Shown here piece by piece: positions 22,280-33,171 of a stretch of DNA of 64,000 nt. The stretch's first letter is position 1, and every line of letters begins with the position of its first letter. The stretch is from Basidiobolus meristosporus CBS 931.73. Lineage: Eukaryota; Fungi; Basidiobolomycota. The DNA lies in assembly GCA_002104905.1 (NCBI GenBank), contig MCFE01000182.1:1-64000 (forward strand), in the 5' to 3' direction. The notes beneath the pieces were generated by a model. That model was not told the origin of the DNA, searched no databases, and saw only the letters and a list, made by a program, of their open reading frames with translations. The translations under genes and the position numbers were made by a program.

Positions 22280-23469
22280 CTATTGAAACAGAACCGCTGC
22301 CCTCTTCTCGTTGCTGATCCGTGCTAGCTCTATCGCCCTGATGCTCAACAATGCCTCCTCTGGCTTGACAATCAATTTACTATGGTCACCAGATCGAATG
22401 GTCTCCGCTACATTTTCGAAGAAACCAGTGTAATTTCCTGGGAGAGTTGGAACTCTGGCTACGTTCAATGAACCGTCAGTCCCGGCTGTGGTTAATTTTC
22501 CCCAAAGAGACTCATCCTCCGTCCCCCAGGTGCCAGCTGGGACATTGGCAGGGTTCTTACCAGCTCTGAGAGCATCCTCCTGTGGGTCAAGCCCGTACTT
22601 CAGGAATGATCCCTCAGTGCCATGGATCGTGAAATGAGGACCTACGGAGGAATGTTGTCAGTAACTCGTTCGCCAATATACATTAACGCTATATTTACCC
22701 TTGTCGGCCACAAGCATTCCAGCCTTCAAAATAACTCGAAGGCCATCCTCATAATCAAGGCGTAACTCGAAGTAATCATCGGTATTTCCCAAACGTCTTT
22801 GGTTTCTGATATCAGCCGATAGGTACTTGGGCTTTCCAAACAATACAAATGCTTGGTCGAAGAGGTGCGGTGCCAGATCAAACAGCACCCCGCTGCCGGG
22901 CTGATCTTCTTCACGCCAAGCGTTTCCCTTGAGCTTGTTGCGGAATCTGCTCGTTCAGTAGACATTAGTACAGACCGTGGTATCGATTTAGCGTGCGGAC
23001 AAGTTACCTGTCAAAGTGTGATTCGTAGTCGACCACCCTTCCGAGCTTCTTTTCGTCAAGGAGCTTCTGGATAGTCAAGAAATCCCCATCCCAGCGTCTG
23101 TTTTGGAACACCGAGAGAACCAAGTTCTTTTCCTTGGCCAAGGCGATCAGTTTCTCACCCTCACTGCTAGTGACCGTGAAGGGCTTCTCGACAATCACAT
23201 GCTTCCCGCGATTCAAAGCGGCCTCGGCGTACGGGTAATGGTGTGTGTTAGGAGAAGTAATGATAACCAAATCCAGGTCGTGGCTGAAGAAATCGTCCTG
23301 GTTGTTGTACACTTGGACCTCAGGGAAGGCATCAAGCTTTCCAGCCTGGCGTCTTAGAACGGCGACGAATTCGAAGGAAGAACTGGTGGTGATGAAGGGG
23401 ATATGGAATGCGGTTGCTGACAAGCCGAATCCAATCACTCCCACTTCTCAATACAGTAGATTTTGACAT
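22280..23469 (-). CDS. Gfo/Idh/MocA NAD(P)-dependent oxidoreductase (YdgJ/IolW-like), 2 introns, apparent +1 frameshift near the start
   Basis: VGVIGFGLSATAFH, KHVIVEKPF, VFQNRRWDGDFLT, GSGVLFDLAPHLFDQ, DDYFELRL, FLKYGLDPQEDAL, GNYTGFFENV. ATG 23469 lies 25 nt upstream of GTG 23444, so it is out of frame by one base. Confidence 0.88.
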
Positions 23470-23711
23470 TTTTGTTGTACGAACCGAGTGCGCACTTGGA
23501 GTATTTATTCAGATGATGATCGCCCTGGTTTTCCGTACTTATCGGAACATCAATGCTTAGTAATCGTCCAGACCAATGGAATGGCTGATACGCGAATGTC
23601 TAACAGAGATTACCAAGAAGAATTTTTCAAAGGGGCCACAGTGACAGCATTTATTGCATGTTATTTATATACATCAAGGATCTTTCCAATAATGGTAGCA
23701 AGGCGCCTGCT

Positions 23712-24866
23712 TCAGAAATCGGCATCAAGGGTGAACCCAGCGTCATCGGGCTTCTGTGAGCTCATGACCCCGGATTTCTGGTAGTCAGACACCCTCTTCT
23801 CGAAGAAGTTGGTCTTGCCTTGAAGGGAAATAAGATCCATAAAGTCGAAGGGATTCTCAGAGTTATATACCTTGGGGCATCCCAGTGCCACCAACAACCT
23901 ATCAGCAACGAACTCAATATACTGTGACATAAGCTTGGCATTCATACCAATCAGGCCAACTGGTAAGGCATCCGTAAGAAACTCCTGCTCGATCAGCACC
24001 GCCTCAGTGATGATGGAGGTGACCGTGCTGACGCTGGGCCTCTTACGTAGCAAGCTGAAAAGCAAGCACGCGAAATCCGTATGAAGTCCCTCGTCACGGG
24101 AGATCAGCTCATTGGAGAATGTGAGACCGGGCATGAGCCCGCGCTTCTTGAGCCAGAAAATAGACGCAAAGGAGCCCGAGAAAAAGATTCCTTCCACGGC
24201 AGCAAATGCCACCAGGCGAGTGGCGAATGTTGATTCGGTGTCCGAAATCCACTTTAGCGCCCAATCGGCCTTCTTCTTGATACACGGGATGGTGTCGATT
24301 GCATTGAACAATTTGTTTCGTTCGTCCGTGTCACGGATGTATGTATCGATCAGTAGAGAATACGTCTCCGAGTGGATGTTCTCAATCATTACTTGAAAAC
24401 CGTAGAAGAAGCGTGCTTCCGGGATCTGCACCTCATTACTGAATCTCTCTACCAGATTCTCGTTGACGATTCCATCTGAGGCAGCAAAGAACGCCAGCAC
24501 GTGGGAAATGAAGTGGCGCTCTCCATCGTTGAGCTTTTCCCAATCATTCATGTCTTTGGAGAGGTCAACTTCCTCCGCAGTCCAGATGGATGCTTCGGCT
24601 TTCTTGTACATTTGCCACACATCGTGATATTTAATGGGGAACAGGACGAATCTTCTAGGGTTTGGTTTCAATAGCGGCTCGACTTCGTCCGTGTCTTCGG
24701 CTATTTCAGCCGCCTCAAGATTCTTTGCTTTGGACTTCACGTCTTCCACGCTGGGCTCACTGGTATGGGTAGCGGAGTTTTCGGTGCTTTTAGACGAAGG
24801 CATGTTTACTGCAAACGGTGATGAGGGTAACGGGTCAAGTGAAGTTGAAGAACTAGGTGTATGCAT
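23712..24866 (-). CDS. RNR2: Ribonucleotide-diphosphate reductase small subunit (R2)
   Basis: [49 protein letters not shown]-terminus FTLDADF. Start at ATG 24866 or 24803; the longer GTG-started extension in the ORF track is probably not real. Confidence 0.97.
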   Translation of the reverse strand: MHTPSSSTSLDPLPSSPFAVNMPSSKSTENSATHTSEPSVEDVKSKAKNLEAAEIAEDTDEVEPLLKPNPRRFVLFPIKYHDVWQMYKKAEASIWTAEEVDLSKDMNDWEKLNDGERHFISHVLAFFAASDGIVNENLVERFSNEVQIPEARFFYGFQVMIENIHSETYSLLIDTYIRDTDERNKLFNAIDTIPCIKKKADWALKWISDTESTFATRLVAFAAVEGIFFSGSFASIFWLKKRGLMPGLTFSNELISRDEGLHTDFACLLFSLLRKRPSVSTVTSIITEAVLIEQEFLTDALPVGLIGMNAKLMSQYIEFVADRLLVALGCPKVYNSENPFDFMDLISLQGKTNFFEKRVSDYQKSGVMSSQKPDDAGFTLDADF

Positions 24867-25439
24867 GACAACTTTATATGTCAACTCTTCGAGGATAATC
24901 GATACTTTTTTGGGTACTTTACCCTTGAAAGTAGTCACAACAGGAATGGATCTGCTGCTAAAATATCCAGTTGTGGGGGTAAATCCGATGGTTATCTTCA
25001 AAACAATCGAATTGCTGCGGCAGCCAGGGGGGAATGGAATAAACAAATGCTGTTCTTGTTTACATCGCAACCAACCAGATTGCACCGGGATTGAGAAAAG
25101 GTTGATCAAGATGTTACGGGTCTCGAGAGCTCACTAGAGTATACCTAAAGTGTGGCTATTTTTCCGAACTCGTGTTAGTAAGCTTGGGTCACGGTATATA
25201 AACATAGAGTTCTGATTGTTCGGATACGGCAGGAACCATGGATTTTGGCTATAATTAGCGTGTATGAGGAAGAAAGGTTGGAGAGGCATGAGCTGAGTGG
25301 CAGTCATATGGTATTTAGGATGTGTGATCAGCAGTGACAAATGAGCGTGCATGGCATATGTATTGATACATCGTCCCCACCCTTGGATGATATTACCCAC
25401 AGGTGTTCACGCTTATCACTGCTCTTCGGGTTAATTTGC

Positions 25440-25446
25440 TATAAAA
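25440..25446 (+). promoter_or_regulatory. TATA box candidate for the 58-aa secreted peptide gene
   Basis: TATAAAA ending 51 nt upstream of ATG 25498. Confidence 0.4.
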
Positions 25447-25497
25447 GTTATGAGATGGCCGTGTTCGAGCTCAACATCAGCGCTAAATCCACACAAC

Positions 25498-25674
25498 ATG
25501 CATTCCAAATTAATCATCCTCACTCTGGGCTTATTCGTTGCCACTTCTTTCGCGCGTCCCTTACTGTCCATATCCCAAGGGGGTACGGACAAGCACAAGG
25601 TCGACAACTTCAAATATATCCTGGACCCCTTGGACTATCTGGCCATATGCATGAGAGCGGGCTCGCGTTGTTAA
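25498..25674 (+). CDS. Small secreted peptide (58 aa, 2 Cys)
   Basis: MHSKLIILTLGLFVATSFA|RPLLSISQGGTDKHKVDNFKYILDPLDYLAICMRAGSRC. Signal-peptide-like N-terminus, good start context (CAACATG), C-ending codon bias like neighbouring genes, upstream TATA. Confidence 0.6.
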   Translation: MHSKLIILTLGLFVATSFARPLLSISQGGTDKHKVDNFKYILDPLDYLAICMRAGSRC

Positions 25675-25991
25675 CCACCAACATTTCCTTGCCCCTCTTG
25701 AGCCTGTACTATATGTGCGCCCCAAATGTACCTCATATCAGATAAATTTCTATATCAGCATTAAACCATGCAATTTAACACCATTGGGCGGAGACTTACG
25801 CAGGTTTAACTCTAATTTTAACCAACAAGATATCCGTATGCTATCATCCAATCCTGTGGTTATGATGTTTGTTTTGTTTGGGATTCTTATACCAATCTCA
25901 TCAACAAGCCCACCAGTCGACGATTTGGTCCAAGAAATCTTTTCTCTGACAGAGCACCCCTTAGTCGAGTGAACGATACGTCGAATAGAAC

Positions 25992-27703
25992 ATGACTGCT
26001 GATCTCGAAAGACCTGCGAAGCGTTCACGAACCAGCTCTCCAACCTCGATAAGTGGTATCGAGAGCGATGAGGATTTTACCGAGTCCATAAGTTCGGTGA
26101 AATCTGAAGAGGCTGAGGAGACCCCGGTCAACGCAGACACGGTGCCAAAGGTCTTGACCAAAGACCAACAACAGGAAAAGATCTTCAAAAACCTCAGGCT
26201 TCGCCGCATTGTGAAGGAGAACCATGGTCGGGAAATCAACCAAGTGTCGTTCCATCTCAACGCCAAAAATTATACCGCGCCCTTCGGTGTGGACCTGAAC
26301 AAGACGTTCGACAAGCGCGGCGCTGTGGAGCGTGACGACGGAGATAGCAGTAACATACTCGCCTCGGTTGGAGATACCCAAGCGAATATCTATGACAATG
26401 AGCATTGTGGTGACCACTTGGATATCATGTCCCATTTCCTCCTGAGCGAGGATCGAAATGGAAAAGCCACTGCCTCTCAGGTTCGTCCCAACTGCCGGCC
26501 TGGGTGTCGTCCATTTCGCGAAGAGAATACTTACCAACCGGTTCCTAGGAATTGTTCACTTGCTGCTGGCTACATCGGGACGATGACGCTTTGCTTGCCG
26601 TCGCCGGCCAAGATAGCCACATTCACATATTGAGCGTTGCTTGCTCAAAGGAGATCCGTAAACTTGAAGGACATACTGGTCAGTACGTTTCCCCATAGAA
26701 CCGACCACAAGCTAATCATTTGATTTAGGCGGGATTACCGATCTTCAAGTATCGCCCAGAGATGATCAGCATCTTCTTTCCGCATCAAAAGACGGGACCG
26801 TACGTTTGTGGCACGTAGATAGCGAGAAGTGCCTGTGTGTCTACAACGTCAAGGCCTCGGTTTTGGTATTGTAGCTTTATTTGGATCCACTGTGCAGTTC
26901 TCCTCGTGGTAACCTGCGCACATATGTTAGTGCTTCAGCCCAACCGGGTCCTCCTTCTTGACTGGCGGGTACAATGGGGACATACGCGAGTGGGCCATTC
27001 CGGATATGACCAACTCATCCGAGCCGCAGTACATCGACCAGGGCACACTCAAGATCTCCGGAAAGAAGATGCACGCTGGATGTATAGGTAAAGAGCCTCC
27101 CTATCTCTCGGCACCGCGCCATGTCGCTAAGCCAACACCATAGACTGCATGAGATACGTTGGAGCCAATATTCTTTCTAAATCCATCAACGGAAAGGCTG
27201 AACTGTGGAACCCTGACACCCTTGAGGTACGTGTACATCCAGCAGTGCAAGCACCGAATTCCAGCCTCACCGTTGGGATTCATTTGTAGGTTATAAAGAC
27301 GTTCCACATACGCAACAGTGCCCACAACCGATGCCGGTTTGATGTCAGGTTAGCCAAATCACTCAACCCCCTTGCCGCGGAATCTGCGCTAAGCCATATC
27401 CCTTTAGTATGGACAACAAATTCTTTTGCGTTGGCAGTAGCGTCGGTGCTGTTTACATCTACAATATCGAGAGCGGGAAATTGGTCACCGAGCTGCGCCA
27501 CAGAAGGTCCACCAAGGCTGTTAGATGCTGTGCTTTCTCGAGAGATTGCAGGTAAGGACTCCCGGTATGGCGTACGTGTCTTTGCAATCCTAACCGTTCG
27601 AACCAGAAACGTGGTGTGCGCCGGAGAAGATTCGTTTATATGGCGATATGACTACGTGGACGACGAAACCCTCAAAGAATGGGCCACCAAGAAGGCCAAC
27701 TAG
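25992..27703 (+). CDS. WD40-repeat protein, EED/ESC (PRC2 subunit)- or LRWD1-like, multi-exon
   Basis: VKENHGREINQVSF (EED: LKEDHNQPLFGVQF), HLLSASKDGTVRLW, HAGCI/DCMRYVGANILSKSING (EED: HRNYVDCVRWLGDLILSKS), LRHRRSTKAVRCCAFSRD..NVVCAGEDSFIWRYD (EED: IRQTSFSRD...CDDASIWRWD). Confidence 0.8.
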
Positions 27704-27893
27704 CCCTGAATGTTGAGAGTCGCAGCCCAGCCCTAGCCATCCATTAGAACAGAATGTATCATAAATTAATGTACTATTTCACTCACGATCATCAAAGCCA
27801 CAATTTCCCTCGATGAATCTTCGGATCGCTCCCCAATAAGAAGCGAAATCAGTGGAAATAAAATTTTGATATGGTCAAGGATACAACGGTCAA

Positions 27894-29625
27894 ATGAACT
27901 CGCGCGTTTTCCCAATCATGTTTCAATCGACACTGTTCGCACACACAAAAAGGTGGTCGGGTGGCTTCCTACGATGCGGCGGAGGGGAGCTGCCAAGGGT
28001 ACGCAGATACGGCACTCTCAACTTGGACGCCCCACTCCGCGACAAAACAATCAAGGGTATCTTGCTGAGCAATCAAGTTGGCAACCAAGTCAAGGTCAAT
28101 GGCTGGGTTAGAACCGTGCGTAAGCAAAAACAAATCGCCTTTGCGGAGGTTTCGGACGGCTCTTCTCTTAAAGGGATTCAGGCCATTTTACCAAGCGAAC
28201 AGGCAAAAGGGTGGGTAGAGAACCGGCCACAGTAGTTGTAGGTGAAGGCTAATTCCCCGCCATTTCTCTTCTCTATTCTCTAGCCTGATATCTGGAACCT
28301 GTGTGCAGCTGAAAGGCGTACTCGTGGAGAGCCCCGGGAAGGAGCAAGAGAAGGAGCTCCAGGTGGAGGAGATTCAAATCATCGGCTCCTGCGACGAGGT
28401 CAGTGGAAAGCCATTCACCGGTGCAAGTACGGCTGGAAACATACTTTTACTCATACCACCCCACCCTCCAACAGTCCTACCCCCTCCAAAAGAAGAGACA
28501 TACTTTCGAGTTTCTACGTGAGTTGCCTCACCTACGCACCAGAACCAAAACCATGAACTCCGTGCTGAGACTCCGGAATTCGGCCATTCTTGGCTTCCAA
28601 AATTTCTTCCAAGTATGAGCCCAGATCATCCTCGCCATCCCACCCCACCCCTTGCCCTAACCCGAGAGCTTCCCTTCGTGTAGTCACAGGATTGCCTACA
28701 AGTACACACACCCATCATCACTTCACACGACTGTGAAGGCGGCGGCGAGGTGTTCAAGGTCAGCGGGAATCGGTCCCATCCTGACCGGGTCCACAAGCCC
28801 ACGTCGCCGGCGCCCTCCGAATTCTTCGATCACCCAGCATATCTGACGGTATCTGGACAGCTGCATTTGGAGATTATGGCATGCGCCATGTCCAGAGTGT
28901 ACACCATCAACCCTGCGTTCCGGGCTGAGGAATCCCTGACCTCCAGACATCTGTCGGAGTTCTGGATGCTGGAGGCAGAGATCGCCTTTCTCGACGGGTT
29001 GGACGAGTTGCTGGACTTCACCGAAGCGTGCATCCGACAAACCACCAAATACATCGCCGACCACTCCAGCGATGATCTGGACTTCTTCAACCAATGGGTC
29101 AACAAAGGGGTCCGCGCCCGCGTCGACCACGTGCTATCCAAGGACTTCGTCCGGATGACCTACACCGAGGCGGTGGAGATCTTGCAGAAGTCCAAGGTGC
29201 CCTTCCAATTCGAGCCGAAGTGGGGCCATGGATTGCAGAGCGAGCACGAGAAATGGCTGGCTGGCGAGTACTGCAACGGGCCGGTGTTCGTAACTGACTA
29301 CCCGAAGGAGCTGAAGCCGTTCTACATGCGAGTCAACCCGGACGGAAAGACCGTCAGCTGCGTGGATCTCCTAGTGCCGGGCGTGGGCGAGCTCATCGGT
29401 GGCAGCATGAGGGAGGAGCGATACGACCAACTGCACCAACAGCTGACCGACTGTAACCTGAGTCCGGAGGAGTATCAGTGGTATCTGGACCTCAGGAAGT
29501 ACGGCACCGTGCCTCACGGTGGCTTTGGCGTTGGGTTCGAGAGATACATCCAATACATCACCGGCATGGAGAGCATCAGAGACCTGATACCCCACCCGAG
29601 ATACGTTGGCCACTGCCGTCTCTAG
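27894..29625 (+). CDS. NARS2: Asparaginyl-tRNA synthetase, mitochondrial-type, multi-exon
   Basis: Presequence-like N-terminus, OB fold [76 protein letters not shown]. Confidence 0.95.
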
Positions 29626-29841
29626 GGGGGTGGAAACCATCGAAGCTTGCTTGTTTTCCTTTATTATAAGAATTTTACAGATAAAGTTGAGGGTTGCACT
29701 CAGGATTCATTATAGTGATAGCGGTGCACTACCGAAAATATCAAAACCTAATATGCGGTACAGGGCCCCCAAGGTGGTAGTTCCAGAGAGTTCATCTAAG
29801 TCAATGGAGCCCGAACCTTCGGTCGGCTCGCTTGGGCTTCT

Positions 29842-30546
29842 CTAGCGTCTGCCACGACCACCACCACGAGTACCACGGCCACGGCCACGTCCACGTGCAG
29901 CAACCGCGGGGGTGTCCCTCTTCTTTCCTTTAGCCTTGGGTGAATCGTCCACTAACAAAGTGTCCAAAGGCAGACTGTCGGGAAGGATGTAGTAGCGGAT
30001 GTTGTTTCCACGGATGCTCAACGAGTCCAAGTTGACTGGATCCTTGTTCTTGACCGTCATCTTGACGGTTTTCAAGTGTGTATTCATGCTCATGTCAACT
30101 CCTAGAAACGAAATCAACTTCATTAGCGGTTCAAGGTGCCGGGACAGCCGTCGGAGAAGGGCTTACCAGAGATGGTTCCGTGCACCACCGTGCCGTTCTT
30201 CAGCTCTATGGTAACCGTCTCGTTACTGAGCTTCATCAAAAACCTAAACAATAGAGAAACCCAGTTAGCTTCCCGGTTGATGGTGCGAAAGGGAATCCGT
30301 GGTGCGTGGTGCGACTACTGGAGGTTCGGGTGAGGGGGAGGGTGGGCTTGGGTGGTGTCACTGGGATGTTTGGGTTGAAACACGTCGAAATGCTATCTGG
30401 GTTTCTGTGGATCGCGTCATAGAGAACGTACAAAGTTCCTTGGCAATCAAGCCTACACACCTCCTAATAGCCCCCTCACCAACTCAAGTAGGGATACACG
30501 ATGGTAGTGGCAACACTGGAAGGTACACAAACCTCACTAATTTCAT
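29842..30546 (-). CDS. SMD1: Small nuclear ribonucleoprotein Sm D1, 3 exons
   Basis: Spliced [41 protein letters not shown]...[23 protein letters not shown] plus RG tail. Introns 30244-30532 and 30102-30166 (GT-AG). Confidence 0.96.
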
Positions 30547-30939
30547 TGCTTTTTTTCGCTACGTCCGGTGGAGCAAGGTCAGGGAGGGGATTTACGTGTC
30601 TACGGAAGAGAGAAGAGGGGGATCTCGAAAATTTTAACAAACTTTGCGCTGGCCCAACATTCGACGTAATCCCACTGGAATTAAGGAAAAAAAAAATCCA
30701 CTTTCGCTAAATCAAGTCGCATTCCACCGATCGAATCCAGCTGGGATGTAGGTTGGTTGGATTCGGATCAACCTGCACCCTACACAATAGTAGGGCTGCT
30801 TCCGGCTCCGATGGTTCCTGCATAAGCGAATCCACCTAAATCTCCGATTGCTCACCAATGCTAGGCGTCCAGTATAAATGGCTCGAGGTCGAACCGAGAT
30901 TGAACCAGTCAATCTTCTCTCCTCCAATACAAATACAAC

Positions 30940-31392
30940 ATGCGTTTCTCCAGCGGCTTGGTCTTCCTCGGTTTGGTCTGGTGCGTTCTCTCCCAGGACT
31001 CCGTGAAGCCTAGTGACGAGTTGAGCGTACAGACATCCACCGATGTCTCGCTGCCTACCTCCTCCCTTGATGCCGAGAATGGCTCGAATTTGGCCTCGAG
31101 CACTAGTCTCGAATCCACCCCGACTGAATCCTCCATTCCCTCCACAGTGGAGAGTTCGACCGCCTCCAGCAGCCCATCCTCATCCTCATCAGCAGCCGTT
31201 GTAAACACTCCAACCACCACATCCACCGGCAGTAGTAAGGCCTCAACTCTCGCCACCTCTTCCACCCAATCTAGCCCCACAAAGCATTCAACTCCCATCC
31301 CCGTGGTGAACCGTAACAACGGAAACTCCCTTGGCGCCTTGACCATCCCTGGCGTCGTCATGATCGGGTTGGCCCTTCGCAATGCCATCTAG
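30940..31392 (+). CDS. Ser/Thr-rich secreted protein, probably GPI-anchored cell-surface protein
   Basis: Signal peptide, S/T-rich core, small-residue omega region (NNGNS) and hydrophobic C-terminus LGALTIPGVVMIGLALRNAI. Confidence 0.8.
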   Translation: MRFSSGLVFLGLVWCVLSQDSVKPSDELSVQTSTDVSLPTSSLDAENGSNLASSTSLESTPTESSIPSTVESSTASSSPSSSSSAAVVNTPTTTSTGSSKASTLATSSTQSSPTKHSTPIPVVNRNNGNSLGALTIPGVVMIGLALRNAI

Positions 31393-31603
31393 GCGAGTTA
31401 GACCACCTACTAATCACCCAAGAATCACCACCTAATCCCCCAAGAAATATCCCTCGAATACCCGCTCGGAATGTCTTGAGCACCATCTTGACAATATCAT
31501 TACAACAAATAGAATATCCAGAATAAACCTCATTATATCGGTAGACAATCCCTGGCTCCTGACCCCACCTTGCTTTCCCCTCACTTGCTGCGACCGTCCA
31601 AAA

Positions 31604-32640
31604 TGCTACGATGGGTGTTTTGGGCTTTTGACCGGGTGATACGTATGTGAATCGCCATGGCTCCCTCTCTTGACCTAACCTTTCCTTTCAGAGTCACTTG
31701 GCTCTTCCGTCGCGGTAAACTGGGACCTGCTCGAGATCCCTTGTTCATTTGGCCTCAGATATCTATCCAGGTGTTTCCTTGCTGGTCCACCAACTAACAG
31801 CTTCTAGACAACGGCATTAATATCTTCTTTATTCATATAGTGACACAGAGTATCAAGCTCCAGGCGTGGGGTGGCTGGTTACTACTCTACGACTGCGACC
31901 TCCACTGTACACTAGATATTATGCACCCAGGCTGTCCTCTTGAGAGTTGCGGTGGCAGTGGGGAAGATTTGGAAGTACATATACAGCCTCTCCGGGAGAT
32001 GTAGAGTGATATAGAACGAACACTCAAAATACCATGCCTACGGTAAATCAATATTGCACTTAGCCACGACTTAATGATCGCCGAAGATTGCAAGTTCCAA
32101 CTTGTTGAGTCGTCTCGTTGGTAAATAGCATTGCTGATGTATGTAAATCACTGAGGGATTATAGGTGGTTACACTCTACGATGTTGTAGCCCATTATGTT
32201 GACCAACAAATTGCCGCACATTACGGGCTTTTGCCTGACGGATGTCAGGAAACTCTACACTTGCTTAACTGCTGGTTTGCTGGCAGTTTTCCCACAGCTG
32301 ATACGTATCCAGATGTCCTTCAGCCCTTCAAGAGTCTTTTATACAGCAGTGGATCCATTAACTCGGCTTTGGATTTTATGTATGCTCATAGCTTTACTAC
32401 CATCTAGATTCCCAAGCTACCAGAACCTCCTGGATACCTACCACCCCATTGAATATTCAAGATTGGGGTTTACAAGGATTTTTCTGGTGGTATTGATGGT
32501 TGTGATTACCTGGCTTACATCACGCTACTAACACACCTTACAACTCTGTTCAGCTTATTGACAAATTGTGATTTATTCACCTGGGACTTATTGCGCAAGA
32601 TATCAGCATATTCTCCAAATCCACAAAGTCCTGTACATTG
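31604..32640 (+). pseudogene. Degenerate intron-rich host gene relic at the edge of the repeat block, family unresolved
   Basis: Several well-formed intron-like units (GTATGT..CCTAAC..CAG; GT..ACTAAC..TAG; GTAAAT..TAG), but I could find no consistent stop-free spliced frame. Confidence 0.3.
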
Positions 32641-32663
32641 AGCAGGTATCAGCAGCACCTTTT

Positions 32664-32930
32664 TGTTGTAGCATCTTGATCTCACCTAAATATTCCCTTA
32701 ATTCAGTCAGTTAGATCATATTCTGCAGATCTTCAAGAATTCTGCCCAAATCCCTAGTTGGGACTCACCAGGAATATTTCACCAAAATATCAGGTGCTCA
32801 GAAAATCATAAGTCTCAATGCTGTTCACAGCACTCCAAACTTTGCACAAATGCTCTTAAGACCATTTTGATTGGATTACATATGATTGTCATATTGTGAC
32901 CATGTGAAAGTATAAACACCTCTGTGACAT
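32664..32930 (+). mobile_element. Highly degenerate Copia family A LTR fragment
   Basis: TGTTGTA...CACCTAAATATTC...GGAATATTTCACCAAAATATCAGGT...CCAAACTTTGCACA aligns by eye with the 44065 LTR. Confidence 0.6.
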
Positions 32931-33171
32931 TCAGTTAACTCACTCTATGCAGAATAACTGAGATGATTCAGTCAGAAAGCCATCACAAAATTCAAATCCT
33001 GCAACCAAGAGGTATTGATGCCATCAGGACATCATGCAAACACCATTGGAAAAAAATGCACTTCTGATCTTACCAAAAACTTGATCAAGATTTTCATCTC
33101 AATGGTTCTTAAGTTGCTTCAGATTGGTCAGCTGCCATTTTTCTCACTTCCTGATCTTGGATACTGAATTA

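Noticed and set aside
25715-25972. Second small hydrophobic ORF upstream of the WD40 gene
   Set aside because: Weak signal-peptide pattern and it lies in the probable promoter/5' UTR.
16922-30546. Functional cell-cycle or chromatin cluster (INCENP, RNR2, EED-like, SmD1)
   Set aside because: Interspersed with unrelated genes, and no shared promoter motif such as ACGCGT was seen; ordinary housekeeping neighbourhood.
31611-31770. In-frame TGA (31629-31631) read as selenocysteine
   Set aside because: No selenoprotein motif or SECIS seen; a CGA/TGG>TGA change in a decaying gene is simpler.
31960-32030. TBC/RabGAP assignment from LREM*SDIERT
   Set aside because: One short motif, an alternative frame looks equally protein-like, and no YxQG motif was found.
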